From Clostridiales bacterium (lineage in GTDB: Bacteria > Bacillota > Clostridia > Christensenellales > UBA1242): a stretch of DNA of 64,000 nt. Below the pieces are notes generated by a model. The model made no database searches. It was not told the DNA's origin and worked only from the letters and a program-made list of their open reading frames with translations. How positions within the stretch are numbered: the first letter of the stretch is position 1; each line of letters starts with the position of its first letter. The position numbers and the translations under genes are program-made. This document shows positions 29,601 through 39,422 of this stretch, piece after piece. The stretch is from positions 33,480 to 97,479 of the forward strand of contig SVIS01000002.1 of NCBI GenBank assembly GCA_015069385.1. The letters run 5' to 3'.

Positions 29601-30182
29601 TTATTTTTTAATTAATTTTCTGAAACAATTATAGCACATTGTTTCATAATTTACATTATTTTTTTCTATTGCAACAACATCGCCCTCTAAATTTAATTTT
29701 CCATCTACAAAGCGTGCGTTTACTGTTGCTTTTCTACCACATGTGCAAATACTTTTTAGTTCTTGCAAACTATCGGCAAGTTCAACAAGCCTTTTACTTC
29801 CTTCAAAAAGTTTTGTTCTAAAATCCGTTAAAAGACCATAGCACATAACAGGGACTTTTTGTGATAGTTCTTTCAATTGTTCAACTTGTTGTTCTGTAGC
29901 GAACTGACATTCATCTACCATTATAACATTATAGTTTTTTGATTTACATTTTTCATTAAATAAGTCTATTATATTTTGCTCTTTAGTAAAGGGTACACAC
30001 TTGCTTTTTAATCCTATACGAGAATGAACAATAATTTCTTCACCCTCCATATTGCGATTATCTAAAAATGATTTTAAAAACAAAACATTAAAACCTCGTT
30101 GTTCAAAATTAAACTTGCACATTAAAGCACTTGCCGTTTTGCTACAGCCCATTGCACCATACTTAAAGTATAACTTATTCAT
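29601..30182 (-). CDS. tdk: thymidine kinase
   Basis: 193 aa. P-loop GAMGCSKT, VDECQF, C-terminal zinc ribbon CTCGRKA...CYNCF. Confidence 0.95.
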   Translation of the reverse strand: MNKLYFKYGAMGCSKTASALMCKFNFEQRGFNVLFLKSFLDNRNMEGEEIIVHSRIGLKSKCVPFTKEQNIIDLFNEKCKSKNYNVIMVDECQFATEQQVEQLKELSQKVPVMCYGLLTDFRTKLFEGSKRLVELADSLQELKSICTCGRKATVNARFVDGKLNLEGDVVAIEKNNVNYETMCYNCFRKLIKK

Positions 30183-32004
30183 TTGTTTGATCCTTTGTAA
30201 AAAATTGTTTTAATTTAATAGCATCATTTTTATTTATGCCTTTAACCATAGATAGTTCTTCAACACTTGCATTTTTAATATTTTGTAAAGTTTTAAATTG
30301 TGAATAAAGCGCTCTTTTTTTAACTTTACCTATACCTTCCACTTCATCTAGAGGATCATGATATTCCATTTTATTACGCAAATTTCTATGAAATGTTATA
30401 GCAAACCTATGCGCCTCATCACGAATTCTTTGCAATAATTTTAATTCTTCGCTTGAGCGTTTTAACATAATTGGAACGCTGCAATTTGGAGTATAAACTT
30501 CTTCAAATCTTTTCGCTAAACTTATCATTTTTATACTGCCGTGACCAGATTTTTTAAGCACTTCATAGGTAGATGATAGCTGCCCCTTACCACCATCAAT
30601 TACAATAAGGTCGGGCTTGCGAGAAAAACTTTCATCTTCGGACTTATCGAGTTCTTGTAATCTACGCATTAGAGTTTCTTCTAAACTTGCAAAGTCGTTT
30701 GAGCCCTCAACTGTTTTAATTTTAAACTTACGATACATTTTTTTAGCAGGTTCACCATTTTCAAACACAACCATGCTTGCAACCTTATTTGTACCACTTA
30801 TGTTTGAAATGTCGTAACACTCCATGCGTTTTGGAATTGTCTTTAAGTTTAATATTTCTTTTAGGTTAATAAGTGCGCCAAGTGTACGCCTAAATTTCAA
30901 TTTATCTTCTCTTACTCTTTTAAATAAATGCTCGCGAGCATTCTCCTCTGCCATTGTTATTAAATTGCTTTTAATTGCAATTTTGGGAACAAAAATTGTT
31001 GTTCTTTTATTAAATATTGTTTGAAGATAATCTCCAAATTCATTGATATTTTCCATATCCAAATTTACTAAAATTTCATCAGGAAGATGTTTGTTTTTAT
31101 AATAAGCAATAATAAAATTTTGTAATGTTTCGCTATTTGATATTGAGCCATCTGTTATAGAAAAGTCTTGCACTCCCAATATTTTACCCATACGCAAAGT
31201 AATAACGCAAACTGCACCGGCATCGCCGTCGGTTACATAAGAAAATACATCAAACGAAATATCTTTAGGAATATTTGCAACAACCTTTTCTTTTAATTTT
31301 TTAATGAGTTTTAAATTATCTCTCATTTCAAGCGCTTTTTCAAAATTTTCTGATGCAGCATAACCTTGCATTTTAGTTGTTATTATTTTTTCAATATTTT
31401 GATCATTACCTTTTAAAAATTCTATAGCATCATCAACAATCTTTCTATAATCAAGCTTATTAATATATGCCATACAAGGTGCCATGCAAAGACCAATTGA
31501 ATAATTAAGACATGCTCGTGCTCTTTTTTTACCCAACTTTTCTTTACATTTTCTTACAGGGAATGCCAAGTTTAAAAGATTCATTATATCACGTGCAGAA
31601 ATACCATTTATATATGGACCAAAATATTTTGCCCCATCATTTTTAAGTTTTCTTGTTATTTCAAACCTTGGATAATCTTCTTTTAAATTGATTTTAATAT
31701 ATGCAAAGGTTTTTGCATCTTTTAAAAGTATATTATAAAAGGGTTGATGTTGTTTTATTAAGTTGTTCTCTAAAGCAAAAGCATCTTGTTCTGAAAGAGT
31801 TATAAAATATTCAAAATCGGCAATATGCTCAACCATTGCCTGAACTTTTGGAAGTTTTTGTGAATTATGAAAATATTGGCTTACTCTGTTTTTTAAGTTT
31901 TTTGCTTTTCCAACATAAATAACAGCGCCGCTATTATCTTTCATGATATATACGCCGCTGCGTTCGGTTATGTTTTCAAGTTTTTGTTTTATAACCTCAT
32001 TCAT
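30175..32004 (-). CDS. uvrC: excinuclease ABC subunit C
   Basis: 609 aa. GIY-YIG N-terminus (GVYIMKDNSGAVIYVGKAKNLKNRVSQY), UvrBC domain, C-terminal HhH. Confidence 0.95.
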   Translation of the reverse strand: MNEVIKQKLENITERSGVYIMKDNSGAVIYVGKAKNLKNRVSQYFHNSQKLPKVQAMVEHIADFEYFITLSEQDAFALENNLIKQHQPFYNILLKDAKTFAYIKINLKEDYPRFEITRKLKNDGAKYFGPYINGISARDIMNLLNLAFPVRKCKEKLGKKRARACLNYSIGLCMAPCMAYINKLDYRKIVDDAIEFLKGNDQNIEKIITTKMQGYAASENFEKALEMRDNLKLIKKLKEKVVANIPKDISFDVFSYVTDGDAGAVCVITLRMGKILGVQDFSITDGSISNSETLQNFIIAYYKNKHLPDEILVNLDMENINEFGDYLQTIFNKRTTIFVPKIAIKSNLITMAEENAREHLFKRVREDKLKFRRTLGALINLKEILNLKTIPKRMECYDISNISGTNKVASMVVFENGEPAKKMYRKFKIKTVEGSNDFASLEETLMRRLQELDKSEDESFSRKPDLIVIDGGKGQLSSTYEVLKKSGHGSIKMISLAKRFEEVYTPNCSVPIMLKRSSEELKLLQRIRDEAHRFAITFHRNLRNKMEYHDPLDEVEGIGKVKKRALYSQFKTLQNIKNASVEELSMVKGINKNDAIKLKQFFTKDQTNE

Positions 32005-32046
32005 AGTATTAAATATTCCCTAATCATCTTCAGGCATAACAATTAT

Positions 32047-33348
32047 TTATTCATCATCGTTTAAAATGTTTTCATATTGATCAATTTGTTCATCTAACTC
32101 TAAAACTTGTTGTGTGTTTTCAATTGCAATATTTTTTAATTTTTTTTCAATTGTACGTGATTTTTTAGTTGCAAACTCAATTGTATTACTTGCTTCAGAA
32201 AGTTTTTTCTGCGTTTTTGCTAAAAGATCAACAAATTTACCAAACTCTTGCTTTATTGCACCAAGCAAATTCCAAACTTCGCTTGAACGTTTTTCTATAG
32301 TTAAAGTTTTAAACCCCATTTGCAAACTATTTAAAAGTGATGCAAGTGTTGTTGGACCACAAACATTTATTTTATATTCCCTTTGCAATGTTTCTGCTAA
32401 CCCCGGTCTACGAAGAACTTCTGCATATAAACCTTCAATAGATAAATACATTACAGCAAAATCGGTGGTTGTTGGAACATTTATATATTTATCATGAATT
32501 GATTTTGCTTCTTCTTTAACTCTTTTTTCAAGTGCTTTTAAACAAGTGTCAACTTCAGTTTTATCACCTTTATCACTTGCCTCACAAAGCCGTTGATAAT
32601 CTTCAATAGGAAACTTTGCATCAATTGGTAAATATACCTCATCACCTGTTTTACCCGGAAGCTTTATAACATAATCAACACGTTCTAAACTACCAGTTTT
32701 TGTTGCTACTTGACTTGCATATTGTTCTGGACTCATCATTTGTTCTAACAAATTACCAAGTTGAACCTCGCCCCATATGCCACGAGTTTTTACATTAGTT
32801 AAAACTTTTTTTAAATCCCCCACACCATTTGCAAGGTTTTTCATTTCTCCTAAGCCCTCATAAACACTTTGAAGCCTTTCGTTTATAACTTTAAAAGACT
32901 CAGAAAGCCTACGCTCTAAACTAATATTAAGTTTTTCATCTACGGTTTGTCGCATTTGTTCTAGTTTTTTCTCGTTGTCGTTTTGAAGCCTCTCTAATCC
33001 CGTTTGCAAAATTAAACTAGCATTCTTCATATTTTCAGATGTGCTTTCAATCATTTTATTTAGTCGAGCCATAATATCATTCAATTGTTGCATATGAAGA
33101 CCAGAATTTTTAGATACAGCATTAATAACACTATCGTTATTGCTTGCCATAGATTTAACTATTAGTTCATTAATTTTTTCGTTAAGTTTATTTTGCTCGT
33201 TAAAACACATTTGAATATATGAACGAAGTTCCATATAATCTTTGGTTGTCATTACATTATTTTCGCTTCGTTTCTTTAACAACAAAACAAGCCCAATAAC
33301 AATTAGGATTGCCAACAAACATAAACTAATAATTTCTAGAATTACCAA
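32047..33348 (-). CDS. rmuC: DNA recombination protein RmuC
   Basis: 433 aa. N-terminal TM helix, long coiled coil, conserved core YLPIDAKFPIEDY...VMYLSIEGLYAE. Confidence 0.9.
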   Translation of the reverse strand: MVILEIISLCLLAILIVIGLVLLLKKRSENNVMTTKDYMELRSYIQMCFNEQNKLNEKINELIVKSMASNNDSVINAVSKNSGLHMQQLNDIMARLNKMIESTSENMKNASLILQTGLERLQNDNEKKLEQMRQTVDEKLNISLERRLSESFKVINERLQSVYEGLGEMKNLANGVGDLKKVLTNVKTRGIWGEVQLGNLLEQMMSPEQYASQVATKTGSLERVDYVIKLPGKTGDEVYLPIDAKFPIEDYQRLCEASDKGDKTEVDTCLKALEKRVKEEAKSIHDKYINVPTTTDFAVMYLSIEGLYAEVLRRPGLAETLQREYKINVCGPTTLASLLNSLQMGFKTLTIEKRSSEVWNLLGAIKQEFGKFVDLLAKTQKKLSEASNTIEFATKKSRTIEKKLKNIAIENTQQVLELDEQIDQYENILNDDE

Positions 33349-34588
33349 TTTTTTTTACCTCTTTTATTAGTTCAGATTTTTCATTTGCTATTTCGTTTGC
33401 AAAGACCTCATCTAAAAGTTGTTTCAAAATTTTGCTAATATTTTTCTCTTCTAATTTTGGAAGGGCTTTTTTTATATCGTTGCCATCAATATTTAAATCT
33501 TTAATTCGCACTGGAATTTTTTGATTTAAAATATATCTATAAAAGAAATTATATTTTTCATAGAGTTTTTTATTTGTATATTTTAAATACTCTCTAATAA
33601 TATTAAAATTATCAAAGTACTTAAAGAAATATTCTTTATTATTTCTTCTGTTTAAAGCATCGAAATAACCACAAACAATTTTTATATATTCATCGCCCGC
33701 TTTGCCCATGCAAAGACCATTACTGCCTAATAAATCTTTTAAATAATATTCAACGCAATCAGGATTTACTGCATTTACAATATCTATAAGTAATGCAACG
33801 AACCTATCTTCCATTTTTACTTTTTTTAACATGGTAAGTTTTACACGATCACATGGAACATAAAAAAGTGGAAAAAGTCTTAAATCGTTAAACATATTAA
33901 GAGCCTTTAAGTGTGCTTTTGGTTTACTGATTGAATATTTTTGATCAGCATATAAAATAAGTTTAAGTTCATTTAATTTTCTCTGACCTGAAATATCTTT
34001 AAGCCTATAAGTCATGCTTTTTGCAGTAAAATATGTTGATTTATCAATTTTATAATTAAGTTCTGCGGCTTGTCTTACCATACGTAAAATTCTTAAGCCA
34101 TCGTTTTGAAAAACATAAGTAGGTGTTTCTACACATTTTATTAAACTTTTTGATATATCATACAACCCAGAATATATATCTACATATCTTCTATGAGTTA
34201 AGTTATAGTAAACGCAATTACAAGTAAAATCTCGTCTTTTTGCATCTTCACGAATATCAGATACAAACTCGGCTTTTTCCGGCCTATGTTTGCCAGAATC
34301 ATCATACTCTTCTTTTCTAAAAGTTGTATGTTCATATTCTTCATCGCCTATTTTAATTAAAACAGTTCCAAGTTTTTTGCTTTTGTCTATAACTTTAAAA
34401 TCGCTATATTTTAAAAGTTGTTTTAGTTCATCAGGCGATATTTCACTTGCAAGGTCCACATCTGTTTCACCCATACCCATGGCAGCATTACGTACATAAC
34501 CTCCAACAACAAAAATATCAGCCCTGTTTTTAAGTTTTAGGACTAATTTTTCTAAATTTTCGCTTACTGGTATCTTTCGTTCATTCAT
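33326..34588 (-). CDS. cca: CCA-adding enzyme / poly(A) polymerase-family tRNA nucleotidyltransferase
   Basis: VVGGYVRNAAMG...DVDLAS nucleotidyltransferase motif. Start set at ATG 34588 (MNERKIP). Confidence 0.8.
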   Translation of the reverse strand: MNERKIPVSENLEKLVLKLKNRADIFVVGGYVRNAAMGMGETDVDLASEISPDELKQLLKYSDFKVIDKSKKLGTVLIKIGDEEYEHTTFRKEEYDDSGKHRPEKAEFVSDIREDAKRRDFTCNCVYYNLTHRRYVDIYSGLYDISKSLIKCVETPTYVFQNDGLRILRMVRQAAELNYKIDKSTYFTAKSMTYRLKDISGQRKLNELKLILYADQKYSISKPKAHLKALNMFNDLRLFPLFYVPCDRVKLTMLKKVKMEDRFVALLIDIVNAVNPDCVEYYLKDLLGSNGLCMGKAGDEYIKIVCGYFDALNRRNNKEYFFKYFDNFNIIREYLKYTNKKLYEKYNFFYRYILNQKIPVRIKDLNIDGNDIKKALPKLEEKNISKILKQLLDEVFANEIANEKSELIKEVKKIGNSRNY

Positions 34589-34709
34589 AAAATTTAGTAT
34601 ATCACACAAAAAATATAACCGCAAGAGAATTTAATTATGAGGTTATAATAGTATGAAATATTGTAGTTAATTGAGATAAATTGCTAATATATATTTAATG
34701 TTAAATCAC

Positions 34710-34738
34710 TTGACAAATTTGTTATTATACCATAAAAT
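34710..34738 (+). promoter_or_regulatory. sigma-70-type promoter of tRNA-Lys
   Basis: TTGACA (34710-34715), 17-nt spacer, TAAAAT (34733-34738), about 18 nt before the tRNA 5' end. Confidence 0.65.
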
Positions 34739-34756
34739 ATAAAAGTTTTTTAATAT

Positions 34757-34832
34757 GGACTTTTAGCTCAGTTGGTAGAGCAACTGACTCTTAATCAGTG
34801 GGTCGGGGGTTCGAGCCCCCCAAAGTCCACCA
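34757..34832 (+). tRNA. tRNA-Lys (anticodon CUU), CCA encoded
   Basis: Cloverleaf read by eye: acceptor GGACTTT/AAAGTCC, anticodon stem ACTGA/TCAGT with loop CTCTTAA, T arm GGGGG-TTCGAGC-CCCCC, 3' ACCA. Confidence 0.9.
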
Positions 34833-34836
34833 GTTT

Positions 34837-34863
34837 AATCCCTTTTTTTTAAGGGATTTTTTG
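34837..34863 (+). terminator. rho-independent terminator after tRNA-Lys
   Basis: AATCCCTT-TTTTTT-AAGGGATT followed by TTTT. Confidence 0.75.
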
Positions 34864-35151
34864 ATAGTAAAAATTAAGTAAAATTAGTTACTTATTATAA
34901 ATTTCACAATCTTGTTTGTAAGTTCTAAAATTTTGTAGCTTTGTTTTCCTATTCCAAATTCATTACATAATTGTTGCAAAACTTTGTACTAAAGGTTATA
35001 TTCCCCTTTTTTTATAAAAGATTGCCAATTATAAATTTAACAATAAAAAATTATTCACAATTCTTGATTTTTACAAGAATAAATGAATAATTAATAAAAA
35101 GCATTAAGCAAAAAACAATTTAATATAACATTAGATATTTTCCATATATTT

Positions 35152-35772
35152 TTATATTTTTAGACATAGTTCATCCATTATTTTATTATGTTCTGAAATA
35201 GATTGTTTAGTGCTTAAATCTAAATCTCGTATATATGGTATAAAATTATCTTTTCCACCAACATTGTAATTTAATTGTATGTTGTTTGAATCATAATTGG
35301 TTTGTATTTTTTTACAAGTTGGGTCAACCAAAATCCATTTCCCTTTATAAAAGCATTCACAAAAACTATGTCCGCTATGATATTTAAAAGTTTCATTATT
35401 CTTAAATTTTTGCAACCAGTATTTTTCTGCAGTATGTAAAAATGTTGTTGAAATACCGATTTGTCTGGCTAAGGTTGCAAATAATATACAATAATCTGTA
35501 CAACCTGTCATTTGTTTGCTTGCCCAAATTTCCTCAGCTGTTCTTTGAAATTTGTAATTGTCACGAAACTCTTGGTTCTTTGAATATTTTACATTATGGT
35601 TAATCAATAAATACAAACTTTCTAGTTGATTTGCCTTCCCATAAAGTTTTATTTTAGCATAGTAATGGCGCATTACCATTTCTAATACGTATTCGTCTTT
35701 TAAAAATGGCTGGGTTAAGTTTCCAAACTTTAAATATTTAACAACATCAGTTGTGTTATTCAATTTTTTCAT
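35152..35772 (-). CDS. transglutaminase-like cysteine-protease-fold protein
   Basis: Cys-His-Asp core in order: GCTDYCILFATLARQIGI ... GHSFCECFYKGKWILVDP. Start set at ATG 35772 (GAGG RBS). Confidence 0.65.
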   Translation of the reverse strand: MKKLNNTTDVVKYLKFGNLTQPFLKDEYVLEMVMRHYYAKIKLYGKANQLESLYLLINHNVKYSKNQEFRDNYKFQRTAEEIWASKQMTGCTDYCILFATLARQIGISTTFLHTAEKYWLQKFKNNETFKYHSGHSFCECFYKGKWILVDPTCKKIQTNYDSNNIQLNYNVGGKDNFIPYIRDLDLSTKQSISEHNKIMDELCLKI

Positions 35773-35841
35773 ATTATCAACCTCTGATGTATTATAGCAC
35801 ACTTTTTGTTTTTGCGTTATTTATTTTCTAATAGAATTAGT

Positions 35842-37539
35842 TTACAGGATTCCTTTTAGTTTTTTAACATGCCAATCGCAAATTTTTAAAAATGATGTTA
35901 TATCATCAAAACCAATATAATTCATTAAATTTTTAAATCCAACATCACTGACTGAAAGTGGAACATCTTTTTCAAACTGCATAAAAAACCACTTATTTAA
36001 TTCCCAAATTTTAAGTGAAAAATTAAATTCTTTTAATGGCGAAATTGAAGCTCTAGATTTTAAACATACATATGGAACAATATAGGGTGCTCTAGCAAAT
36101 TTACCATTAGGAAGTCTTACAAGCAAACCTCCATTTTTTCCACCTAAAATAAAATCTCTTAAATCTACTATATCAAAAATTTTTTTATTCAATTGTTTTG
36201 CGAGCAAATAAACATCATCTACCATAACATTATTAGGTAATTTAGATATTATGTCTCTAATTGTTTTGCCAGTTGCACTATCATCATCTACTAAAACATA
36301 TTTGCCTGATTTTATTTTTGATATTTGTTTAGATATTGGCTTTTTATTATCTCTATCATTTAATTCTAAGTATGTAAACTGTGGATCACTAATATCAAAT
36401 AGCCTGCTTGTTTCAATGTTATATGTTCCTTTATAGTATGCATCAAGGCTAATTGTTCGCTTATCTTTTAATTCTAAACTTGCAATATTTAATTGAGATT
36501 TTAAATCTAAAAAATAAATATTTATTTTTTTATCAAAGGCATTGTATATTTCTTTTGATAATTTTTTTATAAATTTTTTTATTAATAATTCTAATTTTTC
36601 GCAACTTATAAAATTTAAAAAATTTTTAAATGGGAAAATGCTTTCATCTCTGATAACATAACTACCATTGATATTATCATAATTTAATTGATAGGATAAA
36701 TCTAATTTTTCTCTTATAGCTCTTGATGAACAAGTTGATGCTTTAGATTTGTTATCTATAAAAATGTTATTACTACTTTGCAATAATTTTTTTAATTTGT
36801 TATATCTATTTGCCTGACCTTCCCTTTCTACACAAATTCCAATTCCTTGATTTTGGAAACAATACATAAATTCGGCATTATCGCCTCCAAAAACATATGC
36901 CACTTTAATTTTTTTGTTTACATGTTTTTGTAAATATAATTCAAGTCTATTAATTACATCAGTAAAATTTAAATATGTTTTAGTATACAAACACTCCCAC
37001 GGGTCTATCATAAGCCAATCACTATCTTTAATTTGTTTTTGACAATTATAAACTCGTTCAAATGAAGAAACGGTTGAAAATGGTTTTGTTTGAAAATATT
37101 CATTATGAGATGGAGAAAAATAGCCTCCAATAACCTCATAGCCTTGTTGTTGTAGTGCAGATCTAGCAAAATCCATCATTAAAAAATGCCCTTCATGTAG
37201 CGGTGCAAAACCACCAGTTGTCAATAGAACAACAGGATTTTTGCAAGTTTTGTCTTTTAAATTATTTAATAGTTTTCCTACTGGTGTTGTAAGCAGATTT
37301 AAATTGTAATAGTTTTCTTTTTCACACTCATATTTATCTACAAAAAATCCTGCTTCGTAAACATACTTCATATCTTTATGTGTTTTATAAACATCTTTAT
37401 AATATTTATCGCTCAAAACTTTCCAAGCAAGCGTTGCATTTTCGTTTTTATATTGTAAACTTTTATATGCCTCGTTTACTTCATCAGTAGTACAAGATGA
37501 GTTTAAGTTTAACTCGTTCCATAAAAATTTGTTATTCAT
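35842..37539 (-). CDS. fusion protein: nicotinamide/nicotinate mononucleotide adenylyltransferase-like domain + type-I phosphoribosyltransferase-like domain
   Basis: 565 aa. LLTTGGFAPLHEGHFLMM ((H/T)xGH nucleotidyltransferase motif), followed by IGGYFSPSHNEY and DWLMIDPWE, as in eukaryote-type NMNATs. C-terminal GKYVLVDDDSATGKT is a PRPP-binding loop. Confidence 0.65.
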   Translation of the reverse strand: MNNKFLWNELNLNSSCTTDEVNEAYKSLQYKNENATLAWKVLSDKYYKDVYKTHKDMKYVYEAGFFVDKYECEKENYYNLNLLTTPVGKLLNNLKDKTCKNPVVLLTTGGFAPLHEGHFLMMDFARSALQQQGYEVIGGYFSPSHNEYFQTKPFSTVSSFERVYNCQKQIKDSDWLMIDPWECLYTKTYLNFTDVINRLELYLQKHVNKKIKVAYVFGGDNAEFMYCFQNQGIGICVEREGQANRYNKLKKLLQSSNNIFIDNKSKASTCSSRAIREKLDLSYQLNYDNINGSYVIRDESIFPFKNFLNFISCEKLELLIKKFIKKLSKEIYNAFDKKINIYFLDLKSQLNIASLELKDKRTISLDAYYKGTYNIETSRLFDISDPQFTYLELNDRDNKKPISKQISKIKSGKYVLVDDDSATGKTIRDIISKLPNNVMVDDVYLLAKQLNKKIFDIVDLRDFILGGKNGGLLVRLPNGKFARAPYIVPYVCLKSRASISPLKEFNFSLKIWELNKWFFMQFEKDVPLSVSDVGFKNLMNYIGFDDITSFLKICDWHVKKLKGIL

Positions 37540-37551
37540 AAAGTTTATCCC

Positions 37552-38547
37552 TTATTTAGTTAACCATTGTTGAGTTATTAAATAATAGTTGTCCCAACCT
37601 CCTTTTACACTGCTATTAAAAAGATCTAAATGAACTGCTGGTGACTTAGACATATATTTATGAAGATTATATTTATGCAAATTTTCCAAATTACTAGAAT
37701 ATAAGTCAAACTCTTCCTTTGCTTTTTTATCTAAATTGTTATAAAAATTTTTTTGTTCTTCTTCATGCCAATTTAAATAGTTAAGATATAGTTCTACAAA
37801 ATCGTATGAGGCTCCAAATACCATCTCGTCTGTTCTTTTGTCATACATATCTCCACTTGGAATAACATTAATAATGCTTTTGGGTAGATTTAATGTCCTA
37901 GCTACCTTATATACCTCTGACTTATGAATATCTGATATTAGTTGAATGTCTACCATTCCATCTGATGCTTTACCAACATATCCTAAATATGCACCTTCGT
38001 CTTTGTTTGTTGTTCCGCAAATTATTGCACCGAAGCCAGATTGATTTAATAGGCTAGTAGTGTAATATAAAATCGGAGTTCTGCTATAAGGCCCAAGTTG
38101 CCCTATTGCCCAATCTTCGCCAACTATTTGTAAAGCGGGCTCTAATGAGTTTCTAATTTCATTATTAATAGATGTTAAATCTATTACATATGGTTTTAAG
38201 CCTAAGTTTTCGCATAACTCTACTCCTCTTGATGTAGCATCCTGTTGATTTGTAACACCGGTAGATTTTAACACAGGTAATAATAGAGGTATTATTTTTT
38301 TAATTGGAGAGTTAGGTTTTTGGCTCGCATTTTTTACAATACCCAAAACTATGGCTGAGTCTATTCCACCACTAACAGCAACAACACAAGCACTAAGTTT
38401 ATATTTTGTCATATAAGTATTTAATAAATCACATTTTTTAGTAATATAGTCTTGTGCAATAAAATTACGTTCAATTCTAATTTCATTTAATTTATCTATT
38501 AGCATTTTGCTTATTTTTTTATCTGATTGCTTGTTATAAACTTTCAT
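37552..38547 (-). CDS. NAD+ synthetase-like PP-loop ATP pyrophosphatase
   Basis: SGGIDS PP-loop (VVAVSGGIDSAIV), then GTTNKDEGAYLGYVGKASDGMVD...HKSEVY resembling NadE. Start ATG 38547 overlaps the upstream stop (ATGA). Confidence 0.7.
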   Translation of the reverse strand: MKVYNKQSDKKISKMLIDKLNEIRIERNFIAQDYITKKCDLLNTYMTKYKLSACVVAVSGGIDSAIVLGIVKNASQKPNSPIKKIIPLLLPVLKSTGVTNQQDATSRGVELCENLGLKPYVIDLTSINNEIRNSLEPALQIVGEDWAIGQLGPYSRTPILYYTTSLLNQSGFGAIICGTTNKDEGAYLGYVGKASDGMVDIQLISDIHKSEVYKVARTLNLPKSIINVIPSGDMYDKRTDEMVFGASYDFVELYLNYLNWHEEEQKNFYNNLDKKAKEEFDLYSSNLENLHKYNLHKYMSKSPAVHLDLFNSSVKGGWDNYYLITQQWLTK

Positions 38548-39422
38548 AGTAAAATTCCTCCATCCATTTCCCATTCATATCTAATATGCCCATCTTGAAA
38601 GAAAATCAAATTACGAAGATTTTCTGGGTTTGTATCTCTAGTATATTTATTTAATGGCAAAGATAGGCAAACATTTTGACCATCAACATCATAAATTGTT
38701 CCGATTCTTTCAAGTTCTAACAATTTTGTTCCAACTTTGTTTAAATAATTTTTCATATCTTGTTTTTGGCTATCGGTAAGCTTGTGTTTAATTATCCAAT
38801 TTTTTGCACTTTCCCTTCTATATTCATCATTAACAGGGCGCAAAGTAACCTGCTCAACTTTATTTTGTTTGGCAAAATCAATAAATTCTTGCACTTTTTC
38901 CGTAGAATCTGTCATTCCATTACAACAAACGCATGTAAGCCTTAATGAAAAACCAAAACTATGTAAATATTGAATTAAATCTGGTAAGTCTATATACGAA
39001 TTTGCATTTGGCAAATATACTATTTTATTTATCTCTGCACGATTACTTACTACAGAAATAGTTATTGTTGTTAGACCATTTTTATACCACTCCTTTAAAT
39101 ATGGCTCGTATTTTTTCTTATTTAAAGCAATTGGAATACAATTTGATTGCAGTTCTACAAAAGGAAAATTAAATTCCTTTAAATGTACCAAATATTCACT
39201 AATTTGATCTGGAAATAGTGTTGGCTCACCCCTACTGGTAAGCATTACTGTATCAATACCGCTTCTATTTGCCAAATTGCCGGCAATTTTCAAATTTCTC
39301 CAATTAATTTGTACATCTTTCAAATTTTCACAAGTAGGAGTTTCTCCAGATACACAAAATGGACATGAAGCAACACAAGCCTCTGTTCCAACTATTACAC
39401 TAAACATTTTAAATTTCATCAT
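38544..39422 (-). CDS. radical SAM protein
   Basis: CVASCPFC (CX3CX2C) 20-30 residues from the N-terminus, and SRGEPTLF in the SAM-binding position. Candidate starts 39422/39419 overlap the upstream gene end. Confidence 0.75.
   Translation of the reverse strand: MMKFKMFSVIVGTEACVASCPFCVSGETPTCENLKDVQINWRNLKIAGNLANRSGIDTVMLTSRGEPTLFPDQISEYLVHLKEFNFPFVELQSNCIPIALNKKKYEPYLKEWYKNGLTTITISVVSNRAEINKIVYLPNANSYIDLPDLIQYLHSFGFSLRLTCVCCNGMTDSTEKVQEFIDFAKQNKVEQVTLRPVNDEYRRESAKNWIIKHKLTDSQKQDMKNYLNKVGTKLLELERIGTIYDVDGQNVCLSLPLNKYTRDTNPENLRNLIFFQDGHIRYEWEMDGGILL

Noticed and set aside
38544-38547. Alternative genetic code (TGA as Trp, as in many Mollicutes)
   Set aside because: TGA terminates well-supported genes at sensible lengths (for example the radical SAM gene with its ATGA overlap, and the membrane protein before divIVA). 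All housekeeping proteins are full length under the standard code.
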